DNA of 64,000 nucleotides from Octopus bimaculoides (GCF_001194135.2 NC_068987.1:92674588-92738587); one strand, 5' to 3'. Counted from the first letter of the stretch, positions 1-12,629 are shown. The notes: generated by a model not told the origin, from the sequence alone. Numbers and translations are program-made.

Positions 1-1018
1 GGCAGCATTCGCCCTATTTTCCTGGACTGCCATGTTAGCTTCGCGATAACTATTAATATCCAGTACCGCTGCCGTAGTCTCCTTTAGAGAGATTTAGACA
101 TATTAATATTTCTATATATATATATACATACGCGCACACACTTTTGGCCACTCAGGGTTATTTCTCTTGTCGTCTTTTGTACCCGTGTACGGATGTGTGT
201 TTTTGTGTATAAATAGATACAAGTATACCAATACCACACAGCAAAAATTGTTGATCCTTTGAAATTATATCTGCGTGAAGTGGATTGATCACATGTAACA
301 ACAGCCCGTTGAGACGATGCTTATACGTCTTGTCGTCTTTTGCCGTGGGGAATGGAGTATTCAACGTTAGGGTCAGTGTCTTCCAGCGAGAAGTTCGAAA
401 GGGTAAAAGTAAACGAGACTCAGCAGAGTTTCAAATCCATTAAGTTATAAATAAATGTGGCTGCAACTAATAAGGAAAGCAGATCCACGGGAGCTTCATA
501 CGCGAAGGCAAAGAGGAAGTTGAAAATATTTCAAAGTGAGAAGGGAAAACGAAAACGCAATGGAATTACAAGAAACAAGCAAAAGCCGAGAGTGAGGTGA
601 AAAGGAAAGTTTAAGTTGAGAGGGGATCTGAGGGATGAGAACGGATTTAAGGATATTTGAGGGTAGAAAAACGTGTCTTACATTAATTTCTGTCTGGTTT
701 TCATGAAAGTGCATAATGTCGGAATCATGGTGTTTTACATTCTTCGCGGCAAGTTCACAATGCTCTTTTAAGGAATACCAGATAAGCCACCTACACTTGG
801 ATACAACTCACTACTCCAATGGACCATGATAGCACAAAACGTGACTTAAAAAGGATTTAGATACAACTATCAGGTGGTGCTATTAAGTTAGACATGGCCA
901 GAATCAATATTTGGTCAAAACATATCTAGGTTTTGCGTATTTTTAATTAAAATATGCTACCACTTAGTGATGATGTAAGACACGATCAAATAAATCAAAG
1001 TTAATTCAATTAGTTTTT

Positions 1019-1224
1019 TTATGAAATTCTTTCTGTCATTCCAAATGTGTTTCTTGCAAAATCTACGTCATCGTTGTCTTTACTTTCATTCCTATGGATG
1101 TTGGAGCGTAATGAGTCTAGTAAGAGTGTCACCATATTAGTATTAAAGAGAATTGGAATGGCAGTCGTCGAAGTAGTGGTGGCTGTATCGGTGTCACTTG
1201 CAGAGACACGAGCAACTGGCGCTC
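1019..1224 (-). CDS. Candidate terminal exon, unknown protein (GAPVARVSASDTDTATTTSTTAIPILFNTNMVTLLLDSLRSNIHRNESKDNDDVDFARNTFGMTERIS*)
   Basis: Open frame of 68 codons from a possible AG acceptor (plus-strand 1225-1226) to TAA at 1019-1021; non-repetitive composition. The acceptor lies in a TA microsatellite and lacks a polypyrimidine tract. Confidence 0.25.
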
Positions 1225-1237
1225 CTATATGTCTATG

Positions 1238-1275
<38 letters not shown>

Positions 1276-1412
1276 NNNNNNNNNNNNNNNNNNNNNNNNN
1301 NNNNNNNNNNNNNNNNNNNNNNNNNNNNNNNNNNNNNNNNNNNNNNNNNNNNNNNNNNNNNNNNNNNNNNNNNNNNNNNNNNNNNNNNNNNNNNNNNNNN
1401 NNNNNNNNNNNN

Positions 1413-1454
<42 letters not shown>

Positions 1455-1789
1455 GTGTGTGTGTGTGTGTGTATATGTATATATATATATGAATATGAAT
1501 ATACGAGGAAGGAGGATAGATGCATAAGCATGTTGTTACATTGAACGTCCAAATGTTAATACCAAAATATGCTTGCTTGCCTTTATGATTCTCTGTTGAA
1601 GTTTTGCTTGTAACCAAGTCTTTTCATGGAATGGAATAAGGTTTACTGTACAAAATATAATTGATAAACTTTACTTCACGCTTATCTGCTAAGCATGATT
1701 AGAATAACTGAAAACTATGTAGATCTTTGTCTTTGACAATGTGATTCATACTGACATAGAGGCATTGAACAGATTCAGTATACCATTAA

Positions 1790-2476
1790 CTAGACAATGC
1801 CATGAATTGAACTACGAAAGCAAAATGCTGGAATAAATCGTGCGCTTTTTCCATTCCAACGTTCCAATATTTCCCACTTTGGATTGCTACTGTTTAACAG
1901 ACCCGGAAAAATGTAAGCTCGGTGGCTTTTGTGGGATATGAGCTCCAAAATTTGGAACAGATAGTGGGAAATGTTCTTTGTGATATTTGGGCGATTCTTG
2001 CCATTTAGCGGTTCAACATAATATTTCTTGTTCTTTACTATGTAATGCCTAATCTTAGATAATGTTTGAATTCGAAAACAAACTTGTTTGGGTACGTAGT
2101 CCATCGGGTGATATTCGACTCTAATAATATTTATTATATAAACAACTGTAGCTCTCGCAAAGGGGGTCACTCAACCCATTTGAAACTTCTACAGATTCTT
2201 CCACGTGTTAAGAATTTCCATCAACAAAAATATATTTCCTGTTACACTAAGCAAGATAACTGACGATAAAATGGGATGCTGATAGGTGTGAGGTATTTCA
2301 ACATAGGACTGTTCGGTAAGTAACCACTCAGTTGTATTTGAATCCGAACTGAATTTACCATCGCTCTTATTTAAAGTTAGAAAAGGCTGGGTGTAACTTA
2401 GTAGCGAACTCATACTGTCTTCGGTTCCACTTCTCACATCATCCGCCGACAATAATAAACACATAATACATAGCAA
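1790..2476 (-). pseudogene. Long reading frame with two internal stops; encodes a hydrophobic helix ending in a GN motif (PILSSVILLSVTGNIFLL); possible pseudogene of a membrane protein
   Basis: Track ORFs 2189..2476 and 1790..2170 are in the same frame, separated by TAG (2189-2191), five codons and TGA (2171-2173). The N-terminal part has NKS/NTT sequons followed by one TM-like segment. Confidence 0.35.
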
Positions 2477-4205
2477 GTATAATCATATTTGCAAAAAGAT
2501 CTATTCTCAATGCATTTACTTCTGTCAGCTAACATACAACAATTAGAGATTTATGTTTACGACCGTAAAGATATAGAGACAACACAAACAATATATCATG
2601 CGAGTCCATTGTTTGCGAAGTGGCTTTCCGGCACCGTATCAATATCGCATTCTCAATAAACATTGTCCTTCAGTATAGAATTCAACAAAGATCTGAAGGA
2701 AAAAAAATCCTCTCACATTCTCTATTACTGTAGCCATTCCCCAAGCATAGGAAAACTATACCAAACCCTTAACATAATCACAAGCATGTATAGCAAATAC
2801 ACTTGGAAACTATATCGTACTATTTCGTTGCTGGCTCCACACCAAAGCTTAACAAGGCACATACATCACAGAATCCGCCATCGCTACAATCGCCGCCGCC
2901 GTCGCCGCCACCACCAACACCACCACCGCCACCATCAAAAACACAATCACTACCACCAACACAACATTAACTGCAGGAAAAAAATATGCACATTTCACAC
3001 ATTGCATCAAAGCATAATTGTCTAAAAGACTAACAGATATCCCACAGTACGTTCTTGCTATTTGTTTTCTCGGGAATATTGATAGTTAAATTGGAAACAT
3101 TGTTGTGATACATAGAGTTGGCTACAAGTGATATCTTTCTAACGATACGTTCGAAAGAAGAAGCGGAAAACTTCTTCCCTTCTTTGCATTCATTGATTGA
3201 CTGCGTTCCCTTTACCTCCCACAATCTCTTTCTTACACACACACACACACGCACACGTTCTCTTTTTTCTTTCTTAGTATCTAGCTCTCTTACTCTCACA
3301 ATTTTAGTCCAACATTTCCTCTCACTTTCCCTCTTATGTAGTTTCACTTTCGTCAACATTATGGCATCAATATTAACTTGTTAGTTCTCAATGTATCCAA
3401 TGGTCACACATGTATTTACTCCTCAACAAACATTCTCGTTATATATCTTTCACACAAGCTCTTACTCTTGCTCTCTCACTCACTCTCACTCACTTTATTT
3501 ATCCCTTTCACTCTTACCCTTTCCTCAATTTTATACATTTTTCTCTGGCTTTCATCTATTTTCCAGTCTTGTTTTCTTAATGTCTCACATTGTATTTCAT
3601 TCTCTATCGATATGTGTTTCTCTCTGCCTTTCTCCGACAGTGTGAATAAAGGAGAGATCTACTGGAGTAGAACGCATCCTTCTTGGCAAGGTTTCAAATT
3701 AATAATTACTCATACAATGAAGATCGTTTGATTTTTATCTCCAATATCAAACAATCAAACAATAAAGATGATAGCTTTATGTACAGGCCTCTCCCTCACT
3801 ATCACTCACTTTTCTTTCATTGCAGATGCAATTCCATACACATCCATATATGCTTGTGTATGCGTGTGTGTGTTTTCTGTGTGTGTAAGGGTGTAATTCC
3901 ACGCACAGTTTGTTATATATATATATATATATATATATNNNNNNNNNNNNNNNNNNNNNNNNNNNNNNNNNNNNNNNNNNNNNNNNNNNNNNNNNNNNNN
4001 NNNNNNNNNNNNNNNNNNNNNNNNNNNNNNNNNNNNNNNNNNNNNNNNNNNNNNNNNNNNNNNNNNNNNNNNNNNNNNNNNNNNNNNNNNNNNNNNNNNN
4101 NNNNNNNNNNNNNNNNNNNNNNNNNNNNNNNNNNNNNNNNNNNNNNNNNNNNNNNNNNNNNNNNNNNNNNNNNNNNNNNNNNNNNNNNNNNNNNNNNNNN
4201 NNNNN

Positions 4206-4237
<32 letters not shown>

Positions 4238-4551
4238 CTGTATGATGTGCGTAGTAAAGACTCAGATATATGAGTAAATGAATTGCCTATATTTTGCGCG
4301 TGTTTAATATATTTCAAGATATACGCATTGACAGGCCATTCATCATTTTCGAGATTACTGGCTATGGTTAAGTTAGAAGTATTCCAGCATAGCATAATAA
4401 AAATAGATAATTAATCCGAGAATAGCAGAAGCGTTCAAGTTCCAGTCGCGATGTACACTAGAGTACTGTTGGCTAAATTCGTGTCACCCCATCCAGTTCA
4501 TGATACAGGTATTATACAATTATAACAATAATAGATACCGATGTATGTGTA

Positions 4552-4585
<34 letters not shown>

Positions 4586-4609
4586 TGTGAATTTTTGTGC
4601 ATGAGAGTG

Positions 4610-4662
<53 letters not shown>

Positions 4663-5152
4663 ATGGCTAGATATATTCTCACACGTAATCATGCATAAAT
4701 TTCCATACCTACATCCATTCATCTAAAGATGAATACCTCTATGAATGACAAAGCTTGTATAGCATGACTGTGTCAATTTAATCGCCATTTTTTGCTGCAC
4801 TAGTGTTACAAGGTTCGTTGATAAATCTTGAGAAAATCTTGTGATATCTAATACGAGGAAATTCTGAAACAAATCCTACTTGATAGATCATTGTTAAGTA
4901 TAATATAATTGGACATCGTTATTTGATGTTGCTATTTGGCCTGAAGTTCACCAGTAGCGGTTCTTATGTGATACAGACACTTACGTATTTAAATTATCTT
5001 CAAATATTGTAAATAGGACAATAAACTTTAGTATCGTTATTCGCATTAAAAAATTCGGTGTGACCATACATTAAGTAGAAACATACGTTTTCTCCAATAT
5101 CAAAACTCTAAACAAGAGGACGAAGTCGTCGACAAGCTCCAGGACATTAGCC

Positions 5153-5153
5153 A

Positions 5154-5219
<66 letters not shown>
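5153..5219. repeat. (ATT)n microsatellite
   Basis: Direct reading of the tandem trinucleotide. Confidence 0.97.
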
Positions 5220-5775
5220 GAGTGAGAGAGCAGATCATGCCATCAAAGTGACACTGGAGTAAAATATACGAAGCCCATTATACCCATTATGACTACACAT
5301 CTGATAAGGGTTCACCAGGCACATGCATCACAACCATATGTGCGCGACATGGTTATCTCATATCAAGATAAACAGCGCATGACCTCGCAGGTGGGGCCCA
5401 GGTAGAATTTTTTTTCAGATCGAGTAGCCCATCCTGCTGAAAAGGTCCCTGAATAAAGTTTGTTTAAGGATGATGAGCAAAACACACGTTTCCAGAGGTG
5501 AATTATTCAAACCCCAACGAACTCCTCTCAACACATGGCTATGATGCTCCCCCACTACTTCTGCTCATGATCAGATATGCACATATCGTCAGCCACCAAG
5601 GGACATGCTCAACTGGCTAAGGTCAAACAACTGTCAAGCAAATCTGTGGTATTAAGCAGAATATTTGCTGCAACCCATCTTTTATACCAAGACGAAACAA
5701 TGTACATTATAACACTTCCAATCAATTAAGATCAGAAACCATGAAAGCCACTGCCTGGTACTGCATCAGGGCTAT
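5220..5775 (-). mobile_element. About 555-bp interspersed element embedded in an (AAT)n tract; probable non-LTR retroelement 3' end or SINE-like derivative
   Basis: A block with higher GC than its surroundings, flanked directly by (ATT)n on both sides (5153-5219 and 5776-5799), so it reads as an (AAT)n tail on the minus strand. Family identity is inferred. Confidence 0.55.
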
Positions 5776-6734
5776 TATTATTATTATTATTATTATTCAG
5801 TAGTTTTATTTTTATAACGTACTTTCACTTCACTACCGAGCGCAGCTCTGTGCGCCTTGGGTATGTGCTGTGGTTTGCTGTGGTGCTCTTATGTTTACTG
5901 TATTGAAAGTGTTTTGCGTAGAATGTGTGCAGTACCCAGTAGTGCAATTTTCTGTATGTTATATATATTTGTATTCTTCCATGTTTTATATGTATGTGTT
6001 GTTGCGTTTTCGTTTTTTGGGTAGAGTACTGCTGTGAAATAGGCGTGTNNNNNNNNNNNNNNNNNNNNNNNNNNNNNNNNNNNNNNNNNNNNNNNNNNNN
6101 NNNNNNNNNNNNNNNNNNNNNNNNNNNNNNNNNNNNNNNNNNNNNNNNNNNNNNNNNNNNNNNNNNNNNNNNNNNNNNNNNNNNNNNNNNNNNNNNNNNN
6201 NNNNNNNNNNNNNNNNNNNNNNNNNNNNNNNNNNNNNNNNNNNNNNNNNNNNNNNNNNNNNNNNNNNNNNNNNNNNNNNNNNNNNNNNNNNNNNNNNNNN
6301 NNNNNNNNNNNNNNNNNNNNNNNNNNNNNNNNNNNNNNNNNNNNNNNNNNNNNNNNNNNNNNNNNNNNNNNNNNNNNNNNNNNNNNNNNNNNNNNNNNNN
6401 NNNNNNNNNNNNNNNNNNNNNNNNNNNNNNNNNNNNNNNNNNNNNNNNNNNNNNNNNNNNNNNNNNNGGTGTTTGGGTTTGGGGATGGTCTGTATTTTGA
6501 TGTAACACGTGTGTTTACGATCGCTGTTCGGGTAGTGGAGGTATCAAGTTAAAATACATCATTATATTTGGAAAAATAGGAATAAATTTCAATGAGTATT
6601 ACTTACTCGGGTATAGTCCAACCCTTTGTCAGCTATATTTGGGCTCCATGCGATGTCTTTATTTCCGATGTTTTTGGATAAGTTTCGGAGCAGTGATTTA
6701 TCGTACTCACATGTTAAACTTCCCCGGTGTTATC

Positions 6735-6735
<1 letters not shown>

Positions 6736-6795
<60 letters not shown>

Positions 6796-6803
6796 CATTA
6801 TTA
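6736..6803. repeat. (ATT)n microsatellite
   Basis: Direct reading. Confidence 0.95.
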
Positions 6804-7510
6804 ATGATGCCATTAGTATTATTGAAGTTGTTCTCAGTTTTAGTCTTACTGTACAACATACACTGCGTAAGATATCTACTGCACTTTACAAGCATTTCAC
6901 CAAATTCTGACAACATCCATCCATTTAATGTCGCAACAAGAGATTGTCGACATGTTTTGGACCAAACACTCGTCAGTTTTATCCTACATTAATCATGCAG
7001 CAAACAACATTAATTTATATATATATATACACGCAGACATACACGTATATACCTGTATACATACATGTATGCACTTATATGTGTGTGTGTGTGTGAGTGT
7101 GTATAAAGGCATTTTTGTATGTGTGTAAGTGCGTGTGTCTGAGTTTGAACGGTCACATGTGAAGGCTTAGTATTCGTGCGACTTTCTATTTTTGTGTGTA
7201 ATTTGAGTAATGAAAATAAATATGCCTGTTAGAATCCATTGGCTTAATACTTTTGTCGTAGTTTGGAGACCACTAAACATTTTACATGGTGTGTTGTTTA
7301 TACTGATTCAATATTTACATAACGACTTATTCAAATTCTATTTAGATACGGACAGTGATGAGTCCTCTTGACGCTCTTCGTTGCACGTCGACGAACTGAC
7401 GATGCTAGTATCTTTGACCAGTTTATAAGATGGAACATAATATCATATATTCTCGGAACCAGAATATTATTATTTGTTTAGTTGTTGTTGTATTTTCCAG
7501 TCCCTCATTC

Positions 7511-7602
7511 TTAAGAATTTAAACAAGCATGTTTTCTTGTTTGGTTCTGAGCATGGTATTAAGCTAGTCATTTGTAGTTAATACTCAATTACTCTTCTGT
7601 AA
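7511..7602 (+). repeat. About 90-bp dispersed repeat, copy 1 (copy 2 at about 8878-8967)
   Basis: Both copies share ...ttcttgtttggttct... and an identical tagtcatttgtagttaatactcaattactcttctgta. Confidence 0.8.
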
Positions 7603-8354
7603 TTACGGCTCTGTCCAGTACGAGACTATCTTGTTCAATTTACTGAACCAACAACTAACGTCAGCAACATGCCTTTACAATTCTGTGACAAGACGAATCT
7701 GAAGCAAATCCCCAGATGTGTATCATCTCAATTTCTCTATGAAGACCGGACGTTGTAATTTATTTCCTTATGTTATTTCCTTAGTGTACAAGATGGATAT
7801 AATATGACATTTTCGACTAACCGGACACCGTATAGATGCTTCAATTGAAAATGATTGGATACTTAAAGTCATCTCATTCTTTCTTCTTCTTCTTCTTCTT
7901 CCTCTCACTCTTCCTCTCTCTCTCTCTCTCTCTCTGTTCCTCTGTCTTGCTCACTCACTAATTCACAATCTTTCATCCTCTCCCAATTATACAAATATTT
8001 ATTTTATTTATTACTTTATTTACTTACGTTCTCTCTTTGTTTTGTACGGAAATATTCAGCGCGAGAAAACCGTGGATAAGCTGTTAGAATAACACTGAAA
8101 AAGAACTGGCAATATCAGTTTTAATGCTAAATGATATAAGTTCGTTTCAAATACGCCCGTATGCATTTCTAGCCGATATATACAACGGTGTATTATGAAA
8201 TATGGATTAAGTTCGAGCAATCTTCAATCCATTTTCTTTGTTTAATTAATGTTCGTCTATCTATCTAAAGCAATCTCTTTCGCCTAAATCACATCTAAAT
8301 CACTTCAAAGCATAATCTACTGCTTTAAAGAGCGTTTTGTGGCATAACAGCCAA

Positions 8355-8670
8355 GGTGCGTGGCTTATTGCTTAGGGCCTTCGCCTCACGATCATAATAT
8401 CATGAGTTCGATTCATAGTAGTGCTGTCTTCTTGAGCAAAGCACTCTACTTCATGTTGCTTCAGTCCACTCAACTGGCCAAAATGAATTGCACCTGTATA
8501 TCAAGTGTCCAGCCTCGTCATATTCTGTGTGACGCTGTGTAACGTAGTTGTCCTTGAGAACAACGTTAAGAGTACGCGTGTGCGTGGAGTGGTCAGCCAC
8601 TTGCATGTTAATTTCACGGGCAGGGAGTTCCGTTGATCGGAACAGCTGGAACCCTCGAAGTGCACCCATA
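8355..8670 (+). mobile_element. tRNA-derived SINE (family C), decayed
   Basis: Head with A/B-box-like tggcttattg...gagttcgattc and a CORE-like cttgagcaaagcact. The 3' half (gagaacaacgttaagagtac...cagccacttgcatgttaatt...ctggaaccctcga) aligns by eye with 47450-47555. Confidence 0.8.
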
Positions 8671-8739
8671 CCACTTCACCATGTGCTGGATTGGGCTGGG
8701 TTACTGCATTCAAATTTTCTGCTGAAGCTTTGTTTATTT

Positions 8740-8967
8740 TTCTTATGTGTGGCTTGCTTAATCTGTCTCAGCGTCATGTCTTTTCTATGTGTCGATAAGA
8801 TTCTAACCTCTATGTTATCTACCGAACTCTCATGCTGCAATTTACCTTGTTGTTATAACACTAACCAAGTTTTGTTTTAAGAATTAAAGCAAACATTCTT
8901 CTTGTTTGGTTCTAAACGAGTTATTAATATAGTCATTTGTAGTTAATACTCAATTACTCTTCTGTAG
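8740..8967 (+). mobile_element. Possible Penelope-like element relic (C-terminus after the GIY-YIG domain plus 3' region)
   Basis: Frame reads CLICLSVMSFLCVDKILTSMLSTELSCC, resembling the PLE C-terminal pattern CxLCLxExxxIxxxDKxxxLNxRxELxxxC. It is followed by the second copy of the 90-bp repeat. Confidence 0.35.
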
Positions 8968-8999
8968 TTCCCACCAGGGGCCACTTATCCTCTCACCTA

Positions 9000-9580
9000 T
9001 GCTACGAGCTGTTGCTTCATTATACGCCGTTGTCATCTTTATGCACAGCTTACACTGTAGACTGAATTCCTGGATTTGCAGTTTATCCGTGGGCTTACTC
9101 TGCAAAGGATACAATTTCTATGCCAACAAGGTTCTTCTCAAAATTTATGTTCTTCAGATCAAAGATTTTATTGCGATACATCGTATTCTCACAACGTTCA
9201 TCCGTAGATTCACTTTACCTAAGTATTTTCTAAACTGGTTCATGGGTTCGCCTCCAGGTGACGATCATGACACGCTGTTATTTTTGCCTGCCTTACCATG
9301 AGTTGGCTATGCCTATCTTCATAGTTCTATCTATGCTGTCCATTATTTGCTTCTATATTGCGGCAAATTCTGTTTGCATTATTCTGCAAGCTGGCCATGA
9401 ATTTAGCAGTGTCTCTTTTGTATATCCTGGTCAGATCTCTTTGACTGTATCCAGAGACTGCATGCGGTGGATGAAGAGCTGTATGTGTCTCTCCAATTCC
9501 GTTTGGTGGCAGATGCGGGACATGTCCAACATTATACTTACAAAAGCCCGCTATTGGGATATAGAACTTGTTTTTATTCG
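9000..9580 (-). pseudogene. Degenerate transposase-like relic, possibly hAT
   Basis: One minus frame with several stops reads ...IQLFIHRMQSLDTVKEI*PGYTKETLL...SESTDERCENTMYRNKIFDLKNINFEKNLVGIEIVSFAE, loosely matching the hAT KxxFPD...RTKxT and DESTD...FLG motifs. Confidence 0.35.
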
Positions 9581-9824
9581 CAATTAAGGTGGATGAGATG
9601 GTTACGGTCTAGGAGTTTGGTGTAGTGCGAACGGCAATTTTGGAACTTGTCATTCATAAATTCCATCCAGAGTTAAGTGTCGAAAAGAGCCCGACTCTAG
9701 TTGGGGTGCTTACTGCTAAATACGCTGGTGGATGGAGGTAGCTTCCTGCTGGATACTCTGAATGCTGCCAACTATAAATTCATAGTCATTGTCTTGTGGA
9801 CAAGCTTTTGTAAACACACACACA

Positions 9825-9883
<59 letters not shown>

Positions 9884-9919
9884 GAACATACGCATGTTTA
9901 TATGTACATACATGATGGA

Positions 9920-10205
9920 CTCTCGAGTGGACAACGAAGCGTAAGAACGCTCGGCGTTTCACAATCGACCTGTACTAATGATTTCTTTAGAGTGATTAAA
10001 AGCATGTTCTGCACCTTACCCCATTGCCTTCATCGGATCGGCGTTGCCGAACAGGTGCACGTTGTACCATTCGTCAGATGTCGATGTTACAGGAGAACAA
10101 TGTGAGATGAAGCGTTTTGCTCCAGAACGCAACGCATCAGTCCTTCTGGGAACAGAAACCACGATCTCACGTGCAGCAACCAAGCCAATAAGCCATGTGT
10201 CCTAT
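9920..10205 (-). mobile_element. tRNA-derived SINE, decayed
   Basis: Minus strand begins ggacacatggcttattggcttgg...gagatcgtggtttctgttccc (tRNA-like head), then a CORE-like gttctggagcaaaacgcttcatctcac, and ends in a (TG)n tail. Confidence 0.65.
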
Positions 10206-10378
10206 GTGTGTATAAATGTATATATAAATATACACGTATATTTGTATAAGAGAATACATTTATACGCACATAGATATGTATATACAAATGCACACTCAGA
10301 GACATATATAAACACACACGTACACACGCACACATACACACACAAAAACACATATACACACACACACACAAACACACA

Positions 10379-10486
<108 letters not shown>

Positions 10487-10565
10487 TATATATTTACTCA
10501 TACGTACATACGGGGATACATACATAAGACGTGACACGTCAAACGTTTTTCGGTTCCTGAAACTG

Positions 10566-10686
10566 TACTAATCCCTGCTAAAACTGGCCAAAATTCTGAA
10601 GAATACTATCGTTGCCAAAACAATTATATCAGTGAACCCATTGTGGAAAACGATACAGAAACTTACCAAACACACATACATATGTG

Positions 10687-10724
<38 letters not shown>

Positions 10725-11821
10725 NNNNNNNNNNNNNNNNNNNNNNNNNNNNNNNNNNNNNNNNNNNNNNNNNNNNNNNNNNNNNNNNNNNNNNNNNNNN
10801 NNNNNNNNNNNNNNNNNNNNNNNNNNNNNNNNNNNNNNNNNNNNNNNNNNNNNNNNNNNNNNNNNNNNNNNNNNNNNNNNNNNNNNNNNNNNNNNNNNNN
10901 NNNNNNNNNNNNNNNNNNNNNNNNNNNNNNNNNNNNNNNNNNNNNNNNNNNNNNNNNNNNNNNNNNNNNNNNNNNNNNNNNNNNNNNNNNNNNNNNNNNN
11001 NNNNNNNNNNNNNNNNNNNNNNNNNNNNNNNNNNNNNNNNNNNNNNNNNNNNNNNNNNNNNNNNNNNNNNNNNNNNNNNNNNNNNNNNNNNNNNNNNNNN
11101 NNNNNNNNNNNNNNNNNNNNNNNNNNNNNNNNNNNNNNNNNNNNNNNNNNNNNNNNNNNNNNNNNNNNNNNNNNNNNNNNNNNNNNNNNNNNNNNNNNNN
11201 NNNNNNNNNNNNNNNNNNNNNNNNNNNNNNNNNNNNNNNNNNNNNNNNNNNNNNNNNNNNNNNNNNNNNNNNNNNNNNNNNNNNNNNNNNNNNNNNNNNN
11301 NNNNNNNNNNNNNNNNNNNNNNNNNNNNNNNNNNNNNNNNNNNNNNNNNNNNNNNNNNNNNNNNNNNNNNNNNNNNNNNNNNNNNNNNNNNNNNNNNNNN
11401 NNNNNNNNNNNNNNNNNNNNNNNNNNNNNNNNNNNNNNNNNNNNNNNNNNNNNNNNNNNNNNNNNNNNNNNNNNNNNNNNNNNNNNNNNNNNNNNNNNNN
11501 NNNNNNNNNNNNNNNNNNNNNNNNNNNNNNNNNNNNNNNNNNNNNNNNNNNNNNNNNNNNNNNNNNNNNNNNNNNNNNNNNNNNNNNNNNNNNNNNNNNN
11601 NNNNNNNNNNNNNNNNNNNNNNNNNNNNNNNNNNNNNNNNNNNNNNNNNNNNNNNNNNNNNNNNNNNNNNNNNNNNNNNNNNNNNNNNNGTACTAATCCC
11701 TGCTAAAACTGGCCAAAATTCTGAAGAATACTATCGTTGCCAAAACAATTATATCAGTGAACCCATTGTGGAAAACGATACAGAAACTTACCAAACACAC
11801 ATACATATGTGTATATATATA
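10566..11821 (+). repeat. Identical 131-bp direct repeat flanking a 966-N gap (10566-10696 and 11691-11821)
   Basis: The two blocks tactaatccctgc...catatgtgtatatatata match base for base by eye. Confidence 0.9.
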
Positions 11822-12629
11822 TAGATAGATACGTGTACGTATATATTTATTATGTATATACACACATATACGTTTGGTTATGTGTGTGTCTGTGCTTGAG
11901 TATGTTTTTGGCTTTGTGCTTGCATGTGTATTTGTATGTGTATAGTTTGCGAGAGAATGTGGGAATGGATAATAACAGAAGGATTGTAACTGATACTTTG
12001 GAGATTCTGTACTGGAATTGCGAATTAGACGACGAGTAGAGTTGCCCCAAAGTTTAGGTATAAATGTCAAATCTTGAAACTGTTTTGGTAAGAACGGAGA
12101 AAGACAAAAAAATAGCCTACTTGAAAACACACATAAATGAAAAATAAACAAGAAAACAAAGTTAAAACAGTAAGCAACAAAAAGAGCTTTCGTAAGTCAA
12201 ATATATTCAGAAACTTGCTCCGTTGATTCTCTTTAAATATGGGAAATGCAAAGAAAATCTAAAACACAGAAATGTGTATTTTAGTAAAATAGGTCGAACT
12301 GTCAAGTTTATTTTTCTTGTCAATGTTAAGAACTATGATTAGAAAAACAGTAAAGTCCCAGACTAAAATTAATATGTAATCATTTAAGCATTGTTTAGCC
12401 ATTATGATTATGGTTAACGTTATTATTACTGGAGCAAAGATTGTTTGCCAACATAGCATGACAGTCATGGTTTAAGACGAATGTTGTAATTTAGCCCCAG
12501 GAGACATCGTCTCCAACTGGCTATACGGCACGATCTGTATCCTTATATTTTCGAACAATTATTCTGTGCTGATAAAGGGAAATAACCCGGAAATCGCGAT
12601 ACACAGATGTTGTTTTGAGCTGAGTGGGG

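Noticed and set aside
1790-2476. Calling this an intact GPCR gene
   Set aside because: Only TM1-like and weak TM2-like segments are visible. No DRY or NPxxY motif or further helices were found in any frame.
7352-7400. gtgatgagtcc... and other CUGAUGA/CUGAAGA-like strings (10594, 16925, 46788)
   Set aside because: No correctly placed stem II plus GAAA, so they cannot be folded as hammerheads.
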